Source of the DNA: an uncultured Bacteroides sp.
GTDB lineage: Bacteria > Bacillota > Clostridia > Lachnospirales > Lachnospiraceae
Direction of reading: 5' to 3'
Assembly (NCBI GenBank): GCA_964553965.1
Contig: CAZKMB010000005.1
Span: 2,474-66,473 of the forward strand
DNA: 64,000 nt
Part shown: positions 19,481 through 28,830 of the stretch, in pieces
Layout of the letters: each line of letters starts with the position of its first letter
Numbering within the stretch: the stretch's first letter is position 1
Notes under the pieces: generated by a model
The model's input: the letters and a program-made list of their open reading frames with translations, nothing else
Told to the model about the DNA's origin: nothing
The model's database searches: none
Program-made: the position numbers and the translations under genes

Positions 19481-20470
19481 ATGGCAAGTTCAGATATAGG
19501 AATTGATTTAGGAACAGCCAGTATACTAGTTTATGTTAAAGGTAAAGGCGTTGTGCTGAAGGAGCCTACCGTTGTTGCCTATGATAGAGACACCAACAAA
19601 ATAAGAGCCATAGGAGAGGAAGCGAGGCTCATGCTTGGCAGAACTCCCGGCAATATAGTAGCTGTAAGACCACTCAGGCAGGGCGTTATCTCAAGTTATG
19701 AAATAACCGAAAAAATGCTTAAATATTTCATTCAGAAAGCTGTCGGAAAAAGCTTTTTTGGAAGACGACCACGTATAAGTGTGTGTGTTCCCTCCGGTGT
19801 TACCGAGGTTGAGAAAAAAGCGGTGGAGGACTCCACATATCAGGCAGGAGCGAGAGAAGTGTTTATTATCGAGGAACCGGTGGCGGCAGCTATAGGCGCA
19901 GGCATTGATATATCAAGACCTTGCGGAAATATGATAGTTGACATAGGCGGAGGAACCTCTGATATCGCAGTTATATCTCTGGGTGGAACAGTGGTAAGCA
20001 CATCAATTAAGGTGGCAGGGGATGATTTTGATGATGCCATCGTAAAGTTCATGAGAAAAAGACATAACATTCTCATAGGAGAGCGCACAGCGGAAGAGAT
20101 AAAAATTAACATAGGTACCTGTTATAAGAGACCTGAAAATATAGCTATGGATATACGCGGACGTAATCTTGTTACGGGGCTTCCGAAAACGGTAACCGTA
20201 ACATCCGATGAGACAGAGGAGGCTTTGCGGGAGGTCACTGCCCAGATAGTGGATGCAGTACATTCTGTTCTTGAAAAAACACCTCCTGAACTTGCGGCTG
20301 ATATAGCTGACAGAGGTATTGTTCTCACAGGTGGCGGTGCATTGTTGCATGGTCTGGAAGATCTTATAGAGGAAAACACAGGTATCACTACCATGACCGC
20401 AGAGGAACCGCTGACAGCGGTTGCTATCGGAACAGGCAAATATATAGAGTATTTAAGTGAAAAGAAGTAA
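19481..20470 (+). CDS. mreB: Actin-like rod-shape protein (Mbl/MreB paralog, same synteny as Bacillus mbl-flhO-flhP)
   Basis: 'IGIDLGTAS', 'IEEPVAAAIGAG', 'VDIGGGTSD', 'LTGGGALL'. Confidence 0.93.
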   Translation: MASSDIGIDLGTASILVYVKGKGVVLKEPTVVAYDRDTNKIRAIGEEARLMLGRTPGNIVAVRPLRQGVISSYEITEKMLKYFIQKAVGKSFFGRRPRISVCVPSGVTEVEKKAVEDSTYQAGAREVFIIEEPVAAAIGAGIDISRPCGNMIVDIGGGTSDIAVISLGGTVVSTSIKVAGDDFDDAIVKFMRKRHNILIGERTAEEIKINIGTCYKRPENIAMDIRGRNLVTGLPKTVTVTSDETEEALREVTAQIVDAVHSVLEKTPPELAADIADRGIVLTGGGALLHGLEDLIEENTGITTMTAEEPLTAVAIGTGKYIEYLSEKK

Positions 20471-20488
20471 TTCAAGGAGTTGAAAAAG

Positions 20489-21271
20489 ATGGTAAGAGGG
20501 TTATACACAGCCTGGACAGGACTTCGCAACGAGGAAAAGCGAATGGATGTTGTAACTAACAATATGGCTAATGCAGATACCACGGGATTTAAGAAAGTGG
20601 ACGTAACTTCACAATCTTTTGCGTCCCAGCTTGCAGTTAAGATCAATGATGAAACAGTTGGACCAAACGTGGTAAGAGGTATCGGAAATGTAACATTAGG
20701 TGTAAAGATTGGCGAGACATATTATGACATGAGCCAGGGGAACTTTAAGGAGACCGGAGATCTGTATAATTTTGCATTATCAGGCAGGGGATTCTTTACC
20801 ATCAGCATGACAGACAAGGCTGGAGTTGAACACATCAGATATACTCGTGATGGAGATTTTACAGTTACCAAGGATGGTTATCTTGTTACCAAGGATGGGG
20901 ATTCTGTGCTGGGTGAAGACGGAAATCCTATACAAATTCCGGGAGCAGCTACAAATGACATCAATGTGAATGAATTAGGAGAGATATATGTTGGAGACGA
21001 CTATATAACCTCGTTTGGATTGGTTGATTTTGAAAGCTATGATGCGCTTTCGAGCTACGGCGAAAATATGTATGAAGCTGTTGAAGGTGCGGTTATGACA
21101 GATGCGGATGTGACTGTGACACAGGGGTATCTTGAAATGTCAAACATTAATATGGTAACCGAAATGGTAGATATGATTGCCGTAACCAGAGCATATGAAA
21201 CAAATCAGAAAATGATTCAGGCAATTGACAATACTCTGGGTAAAGCGGTTAATGACATAGGAAAGCTGTAA
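20489..21271 (+). CDS. flgF: Flagellar basal-body rod protein (FlgF/FlhO-like)
   Basis: 'NNMANADTTGFK', 'YTRDGDF', 'GYLEMSNINMVTEMVDMI'. Confidence 0.8.
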   Translation: MVRGLYTAWTGLRNEEKRMDVVTNNMANADTTGFKKVDVTSQSFASQLAVKINDETVGPNVVRGIGNVTLGVKIGETYYDMSQGNFKETGDLYNFALSGRGFFTISMTDKAGVEHIRYTRDGDFTVTKDGYLVTKDGDSVLGEDGNPIQIPGAATNDINVNELGEIYVGDDYITSFGLVDFESYDALSSYGENMYEAVEGAVMTDADVTVTQGYLEMSNINMVTEMVDMIAVTRAYETNQKMIQAIDNTLGKAVNDIGKL

Positions 21272-21285
21272 GGAGGTAGACTAAT

Positions 21286-22113
21286 ATGATGCGTTCACTT
21301 TGGACTGCGGCCTCAGGAATGAGAGCGCAACAGACAAATGTAGATACAATAGCAAACAATCTGGCAAATGTAAACACAACAGGATATAAAACACAGGAAG
21401 CAAGTTTTAAATCCCTTTTATATCAGAATTTGCAATCCACTTCCACAAATAACGTAGGGGAGGAAAAACCGGTGCCTGCAGAAGTGGGCCTCGGAAGCAG
21501 GGTTTCTGCCATTACAAGTTCCTTTGTTCAGGGAAGTCTTTTATCGGCAGAAAGTCCGTTCTCAATAGCGATAGAGGGCGATGGATTTTATCAGGTAAGA
21601 ACAACAAGCGGTGAGATACAGTATACAAGAGACGGTAATTTTACAGTGTCACCGATTGCCGGCGGTAATCTTCTGTGTACAACAGACGGATATCCGGTTC
21701 TTGATCAAAGAGGAAATAATATCATCCTGCCAAACAATTATTCTGCACAGGAAATGTCGGTGGGACAAGACGGAGTCATAGGGTTTCCGGGAGCAGATGG
21801 AAATGTGAGACCTCTTATATCAAACGGATATGAGGTAAAGTTCGGATTGGTACAGTTCAATAATCCTACAGGACTGCACAAAGCAGGAAACAATAACTTT
21901 GCAGTCACTGTGGCATCAGGAGACCCTATAGCGGAGGATGGCAACCCTAATCTTGTACAAAGTAAAACACACCAGTACTATACAGAAGGCTCAAATGTAG
22001 ATGTTGCAAATGAAATGGTAAACCTCATAGTGGCACAAAGAGCCTACGAAATGAACTCAAAAGCCATACAGGCCACAGACGAAATGATGCAGCAGGCTAA
22101 TAACTTACGATAG
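21286..22113 (+). CDS. flgG: Flagellar basal-body distal rod protein
   Basis: 'MMRSLWTAASGM', 'ANNLANVNTTGYK', 'EGSNVDVANEMVNLIVAQRAYEMNSK'. Confidence 0.88.
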   Translation: MMRSLWTAASGMRAQQTNVDTIANNLANVNTTGYKTQEASFKSLLYQNLQSTSTNNVGEEKPVPAEVGLGSRVSAITSSFVQGSLLSAESPFSIAIEGDGFYQVRTTSGEIQYTRDGNFTVSPIAGGNLLCTTDGYPVLDQRGNNIILPNNYSAQEMSVGQDGVIGFPGADGNVRPLISNGYEVKFGLVQFNNPTGLHKAGNNNFAVTVASGDPIAEDGNPNLVQSKTHQYYTEGSNVDVANEMVNLIVAQRAYEMNSKAIQATDEMMQQANNLR

Positions 22114-22124
22114 CTGAGCCGTGC

Positions 22125-22308
22125 GCCGCTGCCATCATATAGCGAGTTGAGCTTGCTCAAAACGAGCTATATGATGGTGGCGGCATAGGGCGAAGCCCGA
22201 TACCGACTCGAAGAGGAGGTAGGGCTCAGCGAGCGAAAGAAGAAGAAACTGAGAAGCGAAGCCCGATACCGACTCGAAGAGGAGGTAGGGCTCAGCGAGC
22301 GAAAGAAG
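22125..22308. repeat. REP-like composite: 60-bp hairpin centred on GAGCTTGCTC plus two identical 53-bp direct repeats (22190-22242, 22256-22308)
   Basis: Read directly: GCGAAGCCCGATACCGACTCGAAGAGGAGGTAGGGCTCAGCGAGCGAAAGAAG x2 with 66-bp period; GC-rich in an AT-rich context. Confidence 0.9.
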
Positions 22309-22335
22309 TGGAGAACACAGAAAGGAAGCACGAAA

Positions 22336-22704
22336 ATGTCAATTTCTATGAATGGGATATCCGGCACTGATTATTCCTCAATAATAAATCAGACCCAGAC
22401 CGGAAAACTTGAAGAAACAATAAATAAAACAGATAAAGAAAATACGTCAACAGACGAAATGATGGAAGCCTGTAAAGAATTTGAGGCGTATATGATAGAA
22501 CAGATATACAAATCTATGGAGAAAACCATTATAAAAGCTGATGACGAGGAAAATGAGTATCAGGAATATTTTGGAGATATGCAGATACAGGAGTACGCTA
22601 AGACAGCGGTAGAACAGGGCGGTTTTGGCCTGGCTAACCAGTTGTATGAAGCAATGCTTAACAATCAGGGGCCTAAGACTATTGCTGATGCAGACGGAGA
22701 ATAA
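22336..22704 (+). CDS. FlgJ-like rod-binding protein (no muramidase domain)
   Basis: 'EACKEFEAYMIEQIYKSMEKT', 'GGFGLANQLYEAM'. Confidence 0.75.
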   Translation: MSISMNGISGTDYSSIINQTQTGKLEETINKTDKENTSTDEMMEACKEFEAYMIEQIYKSMEKTIIKADDEENEYQEYFGDMQIQEYAKTAVEQGGFGLANQLYEAMLNNQGPKTIADADGE

Positions 22705-22725
22705 AAACGGAAAGGCCTTAAGAAG

Positions 22726-25020
22726 ATGACAAGGGAAGGCTATATAGAAAAAATAATATACAAAAATGAGGAAAACGGATATTCTGTATTTGTTGTCTCC
22801 GGCGACGACGGAGAAGAATTATTTGTGGGCAACTTATTTGGCATCGGTGAGGGCTTATACATAATCGCAGAAGGAGAATACGTTAATCATCCTCAGTATG
22901 ATATACAGTTCAAATTTTCATCCTGTGAGATAACTATGCCGGAGGATATCATAGGTATAGAAAGATATCTTGCATCAGGTATAATCAAGGGAATCGGCGA
23001 AGTTCTTGCCAAAAAAATTGTAAAAAAATTCAAATCAGAAACCCTAAGAATAATTGAAGATGAGCCGGAACGTCTGGCAGAGATAAGCGGTATTTCGGAG
23101 AGAAAAGCAAGAGCTATAGCTGTATCCTATTCCGAAAAAAGGGAATTTCAGGAAGTCGTTATATTTTTAAGCCAGTACGGTATATCCGTAAATATGGCAA
23201 TAAAAATATACAATGAATACGGAGACCGTGTCTATGAGATACTGAAAGGCAATCCTTATAAGATAGCTGAGGATATATCCGGAATAGGCTTTAAAGTGGC
23301 TGACGATATAGCCAGAAAAATGGGAATAAGCGAAAATTCGGTGTACAGGCTTCGTTCCGCTTTAATATATGTGCTTAATATGTCGGCTGGAGAGGGACAT
23401 ATGTACCTGCCAAAAGACATGCTGATAAAAAAAGCAATAGAACTGACAGGAGACGGGAACCCTGACTTTAACTATGGATATGCGGAATACCGGGATGCGG
23501 AAAGTGCACAGTCTGTATATGATATAGCATATGAAAATATGAGCAACCAGCTTGATGAACTGGCTATAGAAAGTAAAATTATTATAAAGGAAATATGTGG
23601 CTCGGTGGTGGTATACAGCAATACCAATTATTACGTTGAGCTTAACACTGCGAGAATGTTACTGGATTTACAGCTCAGGTATGACATGCCGGAGAACGAG
23701 CTTGAGGCAGATATATCCGGGATAGAAAAAGACAACAAGATAGTACTTGATGAGACACAGCGGCAGGCGGTAAAGGAAGCTATATCTGCCGGGGTGGCTG
23801 TAATTACAGGCGGACCGGGAACGGGGAAAACAACCATAATAGATGCAATCATAAAATATTTTTCAAAACAGGGTATGGAAATCATGCTCTGCGCACCAAC
23901 CGGAAGAGCTGCAAAAAGAATGACGGAGCAGACCGGATGGCCTGCACAGACCATACACAGAATGTTGGAATTTAACGGTGCCATAGATGAAGACAGGACA
24001 AGCGGTCCTAAATTTGCCAGAAACAGCTCCAATCCGTTAGAATGTGATGCTATTATAGTGGATGAGATGTCCATGGTAGACAACTTTATATTTTATTCTC
24101 TTCTTCAGGCGGTGACGTACGGAACAAGACTCATCCTTGTAGGAGATGTAAATCAGCTTCCGTCGGTAGGAGCAGGAAATGTATTAAAGGATATTATTAA
24201 TTCTGATTGTTTTCCGGTTACGGTGTTAAATAAGATATACAGGCAGGAAGAGGGCAGTGATATAGTTTATAATGCACATATTATAAACAAGGGAGAGCAT
24301 CTTGAGATAAGCAATAAAAGTAAGGACTTTTTCTTTATACCAAGGAATGGCGGAACAAATATTATACAGGAAGTCAAGGAACTTATATCGGATAATTTGC
24401 CGAGGTATCTTGGGATTAATCCGCTGGATATACAAGTGCTCACGCCTATGCGAAAGTATGAAACAGGTGTGGAGAACATGAATCAAAAACTGCAGGCATT
24501 GCTCAACCCTCCTTCAAAAGAAAAACCGGAGAAAGAAAAAAATGGTGTAGTATTTCGCTGCGGTGACAAGGTAATGCAGATAAAAAATAACTATAAAAAG
24601 GAATGGAAGATATACTCTCCGGGAAAATATCTTCTTGAGGAAGGCGTAGGCGTGTTTAACGGTGATGTGGGCGTTGTCGAAAAGATAAGCGATTTTGACG
24701 AGGAAATCACCGTGTATTTCGATGACGGAAGAGAGGCTGTTTACGGCTATAATGAGCTGGATGAATTGGAACATGCATTTGCCGTAACCATACATAAATC
24801 ACAGGGAAGCGAGTATCCTGCGGTCATTATTCCTCTGCTGACGGGAACAAAAAAGCTTCTCAACAGAAATTTGCTGTACACAGCCATAACAAGGGCAAAA
24901 AGAATGGTGGTCATAGTGGGCAATATCGGGCTTATAAACCAGATGATAGACAACACCGAAGAACAACAGAGATACACGTCTTTATCCCTTAGAATACAGG
25001 AGATGATGGATAACGTTTAA
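22726..25020 (+). CDS. recD2: ATP-dependent RecD-like DNA helicase
   Basis: 'IKGIGE', 'ITGGPGTGKTT', 'APTGRAAKR', 'IVDEMSMVD', 'TIHKSQGSEY', 'NLLYTAITRA'. Confidence 0.95.
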   Translation: MTREGYIEKIIYKNEENGYSVFVVSGDDGEELFVGNLFGIGEGLYIIAEGEYVNHPQYDIQFKFSSCEITMPEDIIGIERYLASGIIKGIGEVLAKKIVKKFKSETLRIIEDEPERLAEISGISERKARAIAVSYSEKREFQEVVIFLSQYGISVNMAIKIYNEYGDRVYEILKGNPYKIAEDISGIGFKVADDIARKMGISENSVYRLRSALIYVLNMSAGEGHMYLPKDMLIKKAIELTGDGNPDFNYGYAEYRDAESAQSVYDIAYENMSNQLDELAIESKIIIKEICGSVVVYSNTNYYVELNTARMLLDLQLRYDMPENELEADISGIEKDNKIVLDETQRQAVKEAISAGVAVITGGPGTGKTTIIDAIIKYFSKQGMEIMLCAPTGRAAKRMTEQTGWPAQTIHRMLEFNGAIDEDRTSGPKFARNSSNPLECDAIIVDEMSMVDNFIFYSLLQAVTYGTRLILVGDVNQLPSVGAGNVLKDIINSDCFPVTVLNKIYRQEEGSDIVYNAHIINKGEHLEISNKSKDFFFIPRNGGTNIIQEVKELISDNLPRYLGINPLDIQVLTPMRKYETGVENMNQKLQALLNPPSKEKPEKEKNGVVFRCGDKVMQIKNNYKKEWKIYSPGKYLLEEGVGVFNGDVGVVEKISDFDEEITVYFDDGREAVYGYNELDELEHAFAVTIHKSQGSEYPAVIIPLLTGTKKLLNRNLLYTAITRAKRMVVIVGNIGLINQMIDNTEEQQRYTSLSLRIQEMMDNV

Positions 25021-25036
25021 CATAATAAATAACACG

Positions 25037-25729
25037 TTGGATATAGTGTTTCCCCCGGCATGTATCTGTTGCGGTGAAATACTGAAAAGAGACAGGAGAT
25101 ACATATGCAGAGCCTGTGAAAATAAAATATCATATCTCAGGGAACCGTGTTGCCTCAAATGCGGAAAGGAGATAAGTGACGAGGACAAAGAATATTGTTC
25201 TGATTGTGAAAACCATCAAAGAAGTTATGACAGGGGATTTCCGGTTATGAACTATGAAGAACCCATAATCAGCAGTATGACAAAATTCAAATATGGCGGC
25301 AGGAAAAAATATGCTGTCTATTACGCAAAAGAGATTGTAAAAAAGTATGGAAGCAGATTTTACGAGCTTGGAATTGAAGCATTGATTCCGGTGCCCATAC
25401 ACAAAGACAGATTGCGTAAGAGGGGATATAACCAGGCTGAAATACTTGCGGAAGAAATGGGAAAGATGCTGGGGATACCGGTGGATTCCGGCATTATAAA
25501 AAGAGCTGAAAAAACCCTTCCCCAAAAGGAGCTTGACAATATCCGGCGGGAAGAAAATCTAAAAAATGCTTTTGGATATACCGGAAAAAAAATAAAATAT
25601 AAAAGTGTGCTGATAGTAGATGACATATATACTACAGGCGCAACGGTCGAGGCATGTACGAGAGTGCTTCGGGCACAAGATATAAAAAACATATATTACA
25701 CCAGTTTATGCATAGGAAAGGGGAATTAA
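25037..25729 (+). CDS. comF: ComF family protein (zinc finger plus PRTase domain)
   Basis: 'FPPACICCG', 'RGYNQAEILA', 'VLIVDDIYTTGATV'. Confidence 0.9.
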   Translation: MDIVFPPACICCGEILKRDRRYICRACENKISYLREPCCLKCGKEISDEDKEYCSDCENHQRSYDRGFPVMNYEEPIISSMTKFKYGGRKKYAVYYAKEIVKKYGSRFYELGIEALIPVPIHKDRLRKRGYNQAEILAEEMGKMLGIPVDSGIIKRAEKTLPQKELDNIRREENLKNAFGYTGKKIKYKSVLIVDDIYTTGATVEACTRVLRAQDIKNIYYTSLCIGKGN

Positions 25730-25731
25730 AT

Positions 25732-26127
25732 ATGGAACTTAAAAATTGCAGAAATTGTAAAAGGTTATTTAATTATATAACAGGAGAACCTTTATGCGGA
25801 GGATGTAGGGCACTTCTTGAGGAAAAATTTCAGGAAGTAAAACAGTTTATTAAGGATAATCCGGGATACAGTATCAATCAGGTTGCAGAGGACTGTGAGG
25901 TATCCATAAGACAGATAAAACAGTGGGTCAGAGAAGAAAGACTGGCATTCTCTGATGATTCCCTTGTGGGACTTGACTGTGAAAGATGCGGAAAAATGAT
26001 TCACAGCGGAAGATTTTGCAATGAATGTGCAGGTGGTCTTAAAGATGCATTTAATCAAATGTATAAAACTGAAAGACAGAGTGTAAAGAGAAATACAGCG
26101 GCAGGTAAAATGCGTTTCCTTGAATAA
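25732..26127 (+). CDS. YvyF-like flagellar operon protein
   Basis: Two Cys clusters 'CRNCKRLF...LCGGC' and 'CERCG...FCNEC'; comF-yvyF-flgM synteny as in Bacillus. Confidence 0.75.
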   Translation: MELKNCRNCKRLFNYITGEPLCGGCRALLEEKFQEVKQFIKDNPGYSINQVAEDCEVSIRQIKQWVREERLAFSDDSLVGLDCERCGKMIHSGRFCNECAGGLKDAFNQMYKTERQSVKRNTAAGKMRFLE

Positions 26128-26142
26128 AAAGTAAAAAAAGGG

Positions 26143-26169
26143 TTATGTAATTAAAAAACTATCCGATAA
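26143..26169 (+). promoter_or_regulatory. Putative sigma28 promoter of flgM
   Basis: TTAT-N15-TCCGATAA; good -10, weak -35. Confidence 0.5.
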
Positions 26170-26204
26170 AATAATTAGATAAAATTATTCAAGGAGGGAT
26201 TATT

Positions 26205-26486
26205 ATGCGAATTGGTACTTACAATATGATTAATCAGGTATACGGAACCAAGAACACCAAAAAAACCGGAAACCTTAATAGTACCAGCTATGCTAACTTC
26301 AAGGATGAAGTTTCATTTTCAAGCCTGGGTAAGGATATGCAGATAGCCAAGACTGCTCTTGCCGATGCACCGGATGTAAGGGAAAATCTTGTGAATGACA
26401 TAAAGACAAGAATTGCCGGCGGAACATATGAAGTATCTAACGAAGATTTTGCAAGCAAGCTGCTTGAGGCCTACGGGGCGAGATAA
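26205..26486 (+). CDS. flgM: Anti-sigma28 factor
   Basis: 'DEVSFSS', 'VRENLVNDIKTRIAGGTYEV'. Confidence 0.88.
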   Translation: MRIGTYNMINQVYGTKNTKKTGNLNSTSYANFKDEVSFSSLGKDMQIAKTALADAPDVRENLVNDIKTRIAGGTYEVSNEDFASKLLEAYGAR

Positions 26487-26510
26487 TATTATTAAAAGGA
26501 GATATGGTAT

Positions 26511-26990
26511 ATGGCAAGCTTAATTGAGAATTTAATAACAGAACTTAATGAGGAATATGCTATATATGAACAGCTCCTTCAGGTGTCTATGGAAAAGACA
26601 TCGGCTATCGTATCAAATAATCTGGATAGATTGAAGGCTACAACAGATAAGGAACAGCTTTTGGCTGATACGGTTGCCGGAATTGAAAGCCGTCGCCGTC
26701 AGACTATGGATGGTATTGCCGGCGTGCTGAATAAAAAGAGTTCAGAGCTTACAATTATGAATATCGTTGATTTCCTTGCAGAACAGCCGGAGTTTCACAA
26801 TCCTTTGTTGGAGATAAATGAAAAATTAGCTAAACTTGCAAGAAAACTTAAGGATGTCAACGAACATAATAAAACATTAATTACAGAAACCTTATCGATG
26901 ATTGAATATAATATTAATTTGTTACAGAATTTGAACCGTGCTCCTGAAACAGCGGAGTACAGCAGGGATATGTTTAAGAAAAAAGGGTAG
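26511..26990 (+). CDS. flgN: Flagellar export chaperone
   Basis: Helical 159 aa between flgM and flgK; 'LKDVNEHNKTLI'. Confidence 0.8.
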   Translation: MASLIENLITELNEEYAIYEQLLQVSMEKTSAIVSNNLDRLKATTDKEQLLADTVAGIESRRRQTMDGIAGVLNKKSSELTIMNIVDFLAEQPEFHNPLLEINEKLAKLARKLKDVNEHNKTLITETLSMIEYNINLLQNLNRAPETAEYSRDMFKKKG

Positions 26991-26999
26991 GTGAGTATA

Positions 27000-28817
27000 A
27001 TGGGTGGAACAATGGGCCGACTGTCCATAGGCGTTACCGGTCTGCAGACCAATCAGTATGCGCTTAATGCGACATCACACAACTTAATGAATACACAGAC
27101 AACGGGTTATACCAGACAACAGGTTATGCTTACCGACAGATCATACAATACTCTGTGTAAGGACGGAATAGTAATTAACAAATCCGGTTTAGGCGTTATG
27201 ATAGCAGAGGTACAGCAGAACAGAGACACCTTTGCGGATGTTGCATACAGAACAGAAAACGGAAGAATGGATTATTACAAGGCACAGTATGAAACTGTGG
27301 AAGAGATAGAGGGATATTTCGGAGAGCTTGAGGGACAGGATTTTAATACTGATTTGAATGACCTGTGGCTGGCATTACAGGAGTTGCAGAAGGAAACAAA
27401 CAGTATTGTAACTCGAAGCTCCTTTATTTCTACTGCCCAGACATTTTTGGACAGGGTACAGGAAATCAGAAGCAGCCTCATAACATACCAGCGAAACCAA
27501 AATATAGAGATAAAAAGTCATATATCCCGTATAAATGAGCTGGGTAACACTATATTAGAATTGAATGATAAAATTCTCAGAGCAGAGGCCGCAAAAATTG
27601 AGAATGCCAATGATTACAGAGATGCAAGAAATGCTGCTATTGATGAACTTAGCGGTTTGGTAAATACAGAAGTAATAGGAAATGCAGACGGAACGGTAGA
27701 GATATACATAGAAGGAAGATGTTTTGTCACTAAGGGAAAGGTGTATGAACTTGACACCATGCGTGTCTGCGATAATGAAAGCTATATAAACAGCTATGAT
27801 TTTACAGAGGATGCTACAGATTTTATTATGCCTGTGTGGAAGCATGATAAAACCCCTTTGTTCAATATAGAAAAAATTCCGAAAACAGAGGCAGGAACCG
27901 ATGTTGGAGCATTAAAAGGCGTGCTTATGGCAAGAGGATATTTTGTCAGCAATTATACTGACGTGCCTGTATCACCGGTAAAACCTGTTGCGGATGACTA
28001 TAGTACAGATGCGGAATACAATGCAGCCATGCAACAGTATGAAGCGGATATGAATGTATATGTAAAGGATTTGGAATATTTCAACAAATACGTGGAACCA
28101 TATACAGTTACAAATCTGATGGCACAGTTTGATGTTCTTATCCACGGTATGATGACGGGAATTAACGACGTTCTCTGCCCGAACAAGGAAGTTGAACTTG
28201 CCAACGGAACTACCATAACCATACTTGACGAAGAAGCGGCAGGTATAGGTATGGGAAATGGAAATGAATATGCCGGAACGGAACTTTTTGTAAGGAACGA
28301 TATGCCGCGATATACAGAACAGACAGTTACATTTGCCGATGGTACGGTACATACGGTTAAGGTTTATAACGAGGAGAATCCGGATATTTTTTCTTCGCTA
28401 TATACAACCGGAAATGTTCAGGTTAATGTAGAACTGTTGCAGAACCCATCACTGTTGCCGCTTTCAAGAGTATCAGGAGAGGAAGCACAGGAGATAGCAG
28501 ATAAGCTGCTTGACCTTTGGAACAAAGAGTTCTCGACAGTCAGCCCTAACTCCATGCTCAACTGCAACTTTGTGGATTATTACGCAGGTATGATGGAGGA
28601 TTTATCCGACAGGGGATACACATATGATTCCCTCGCGAAAACTCAGGAACAGACAGTGAATGATCTGGATAACCTGAGACAGGAGGTTGTAGGTGTTTCC
28701 TCGGATGAAGAACTGTCAAATCTGATAAAATTCCAGCATGCGTACAACGCATCCTCAAGATATATAAGCACAGTAGCGGAAATGATAGAACATTTGATTA
28801 ACGCATTAGGCGCATAG
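27000..28817 (+). CDS. flgK: Flagellar hook-associated protein FlgK (copy 1)
   Basis: 'GLQTNQYALNATSHNLMN..TTGYTRQ', C-term 'VVGVSSDEELSNLIKFQHAYNASSR'; alternative GTG start at 26991. Confidence 0.9.
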   Translation: MGGTMGRLSIGVTGLQTNQYALNATSHNLMNTQTTGYTRQQVMLTDRSYNTLCKDGIVINKSGLGVMIAEVQQNRDTFADVAYRTENGRMDYYKAQYETVEEIEGYFGELEGQDFNTDLNDLWLALQELQKETNSIVTRSSFISTAQTFLDRVQEIRSSLITYQRNQNIEIKSHISRINELGNTILELNDKILRAEAAKIENANDYRDARNAAIDELSGLVNTEVIGNADGTVEIYIEGRCFVTKGKVYELDTMRVCDNESYINSYDFTEDATDFIMPVWKHDKTPLFNIEKIPKTEAGTDVGALKGVLMARGYFVSNYTDVPVSPVKPVADDYSTDAEYNAAMQQYEADMNVYVKDLEYFNKYVEPYTVTNLMAQFDVLIHGMMTGINDVLCPNKEVELANGTTITILDEEAAGIGMGNGNEYAGTELFVRNDMPRYTEQTVTFADGTVHTVKVYNEENPDIFSSLYTTGNVQVNVELLQNPSLLPLSRVSGEEAQEIADKLLDLWNKEFSTVSPNSMLNCNFVDYYAGMMEDLSDRGYTYDSLAKTQEQTVNDLDNLRQEVVGVSSDEELSNLIKFQHAYNASSRYISTVAEMIEHLINALGA

Positions 28818-28830
28818 GAGGTGAGCAAAG

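Noticed and set aside
22190-22308. Direct repeats as a CRISPR array
   Set aside because: Only two 53-bp units with a 13-nt spacer; sizes do not fit CRISPR and there are no cas genes.
22167-22367. 66-aa minus-strand ORF with a duplicated peptide
   Set aside because: Simple translation of the 53-bp intergenic repeat.
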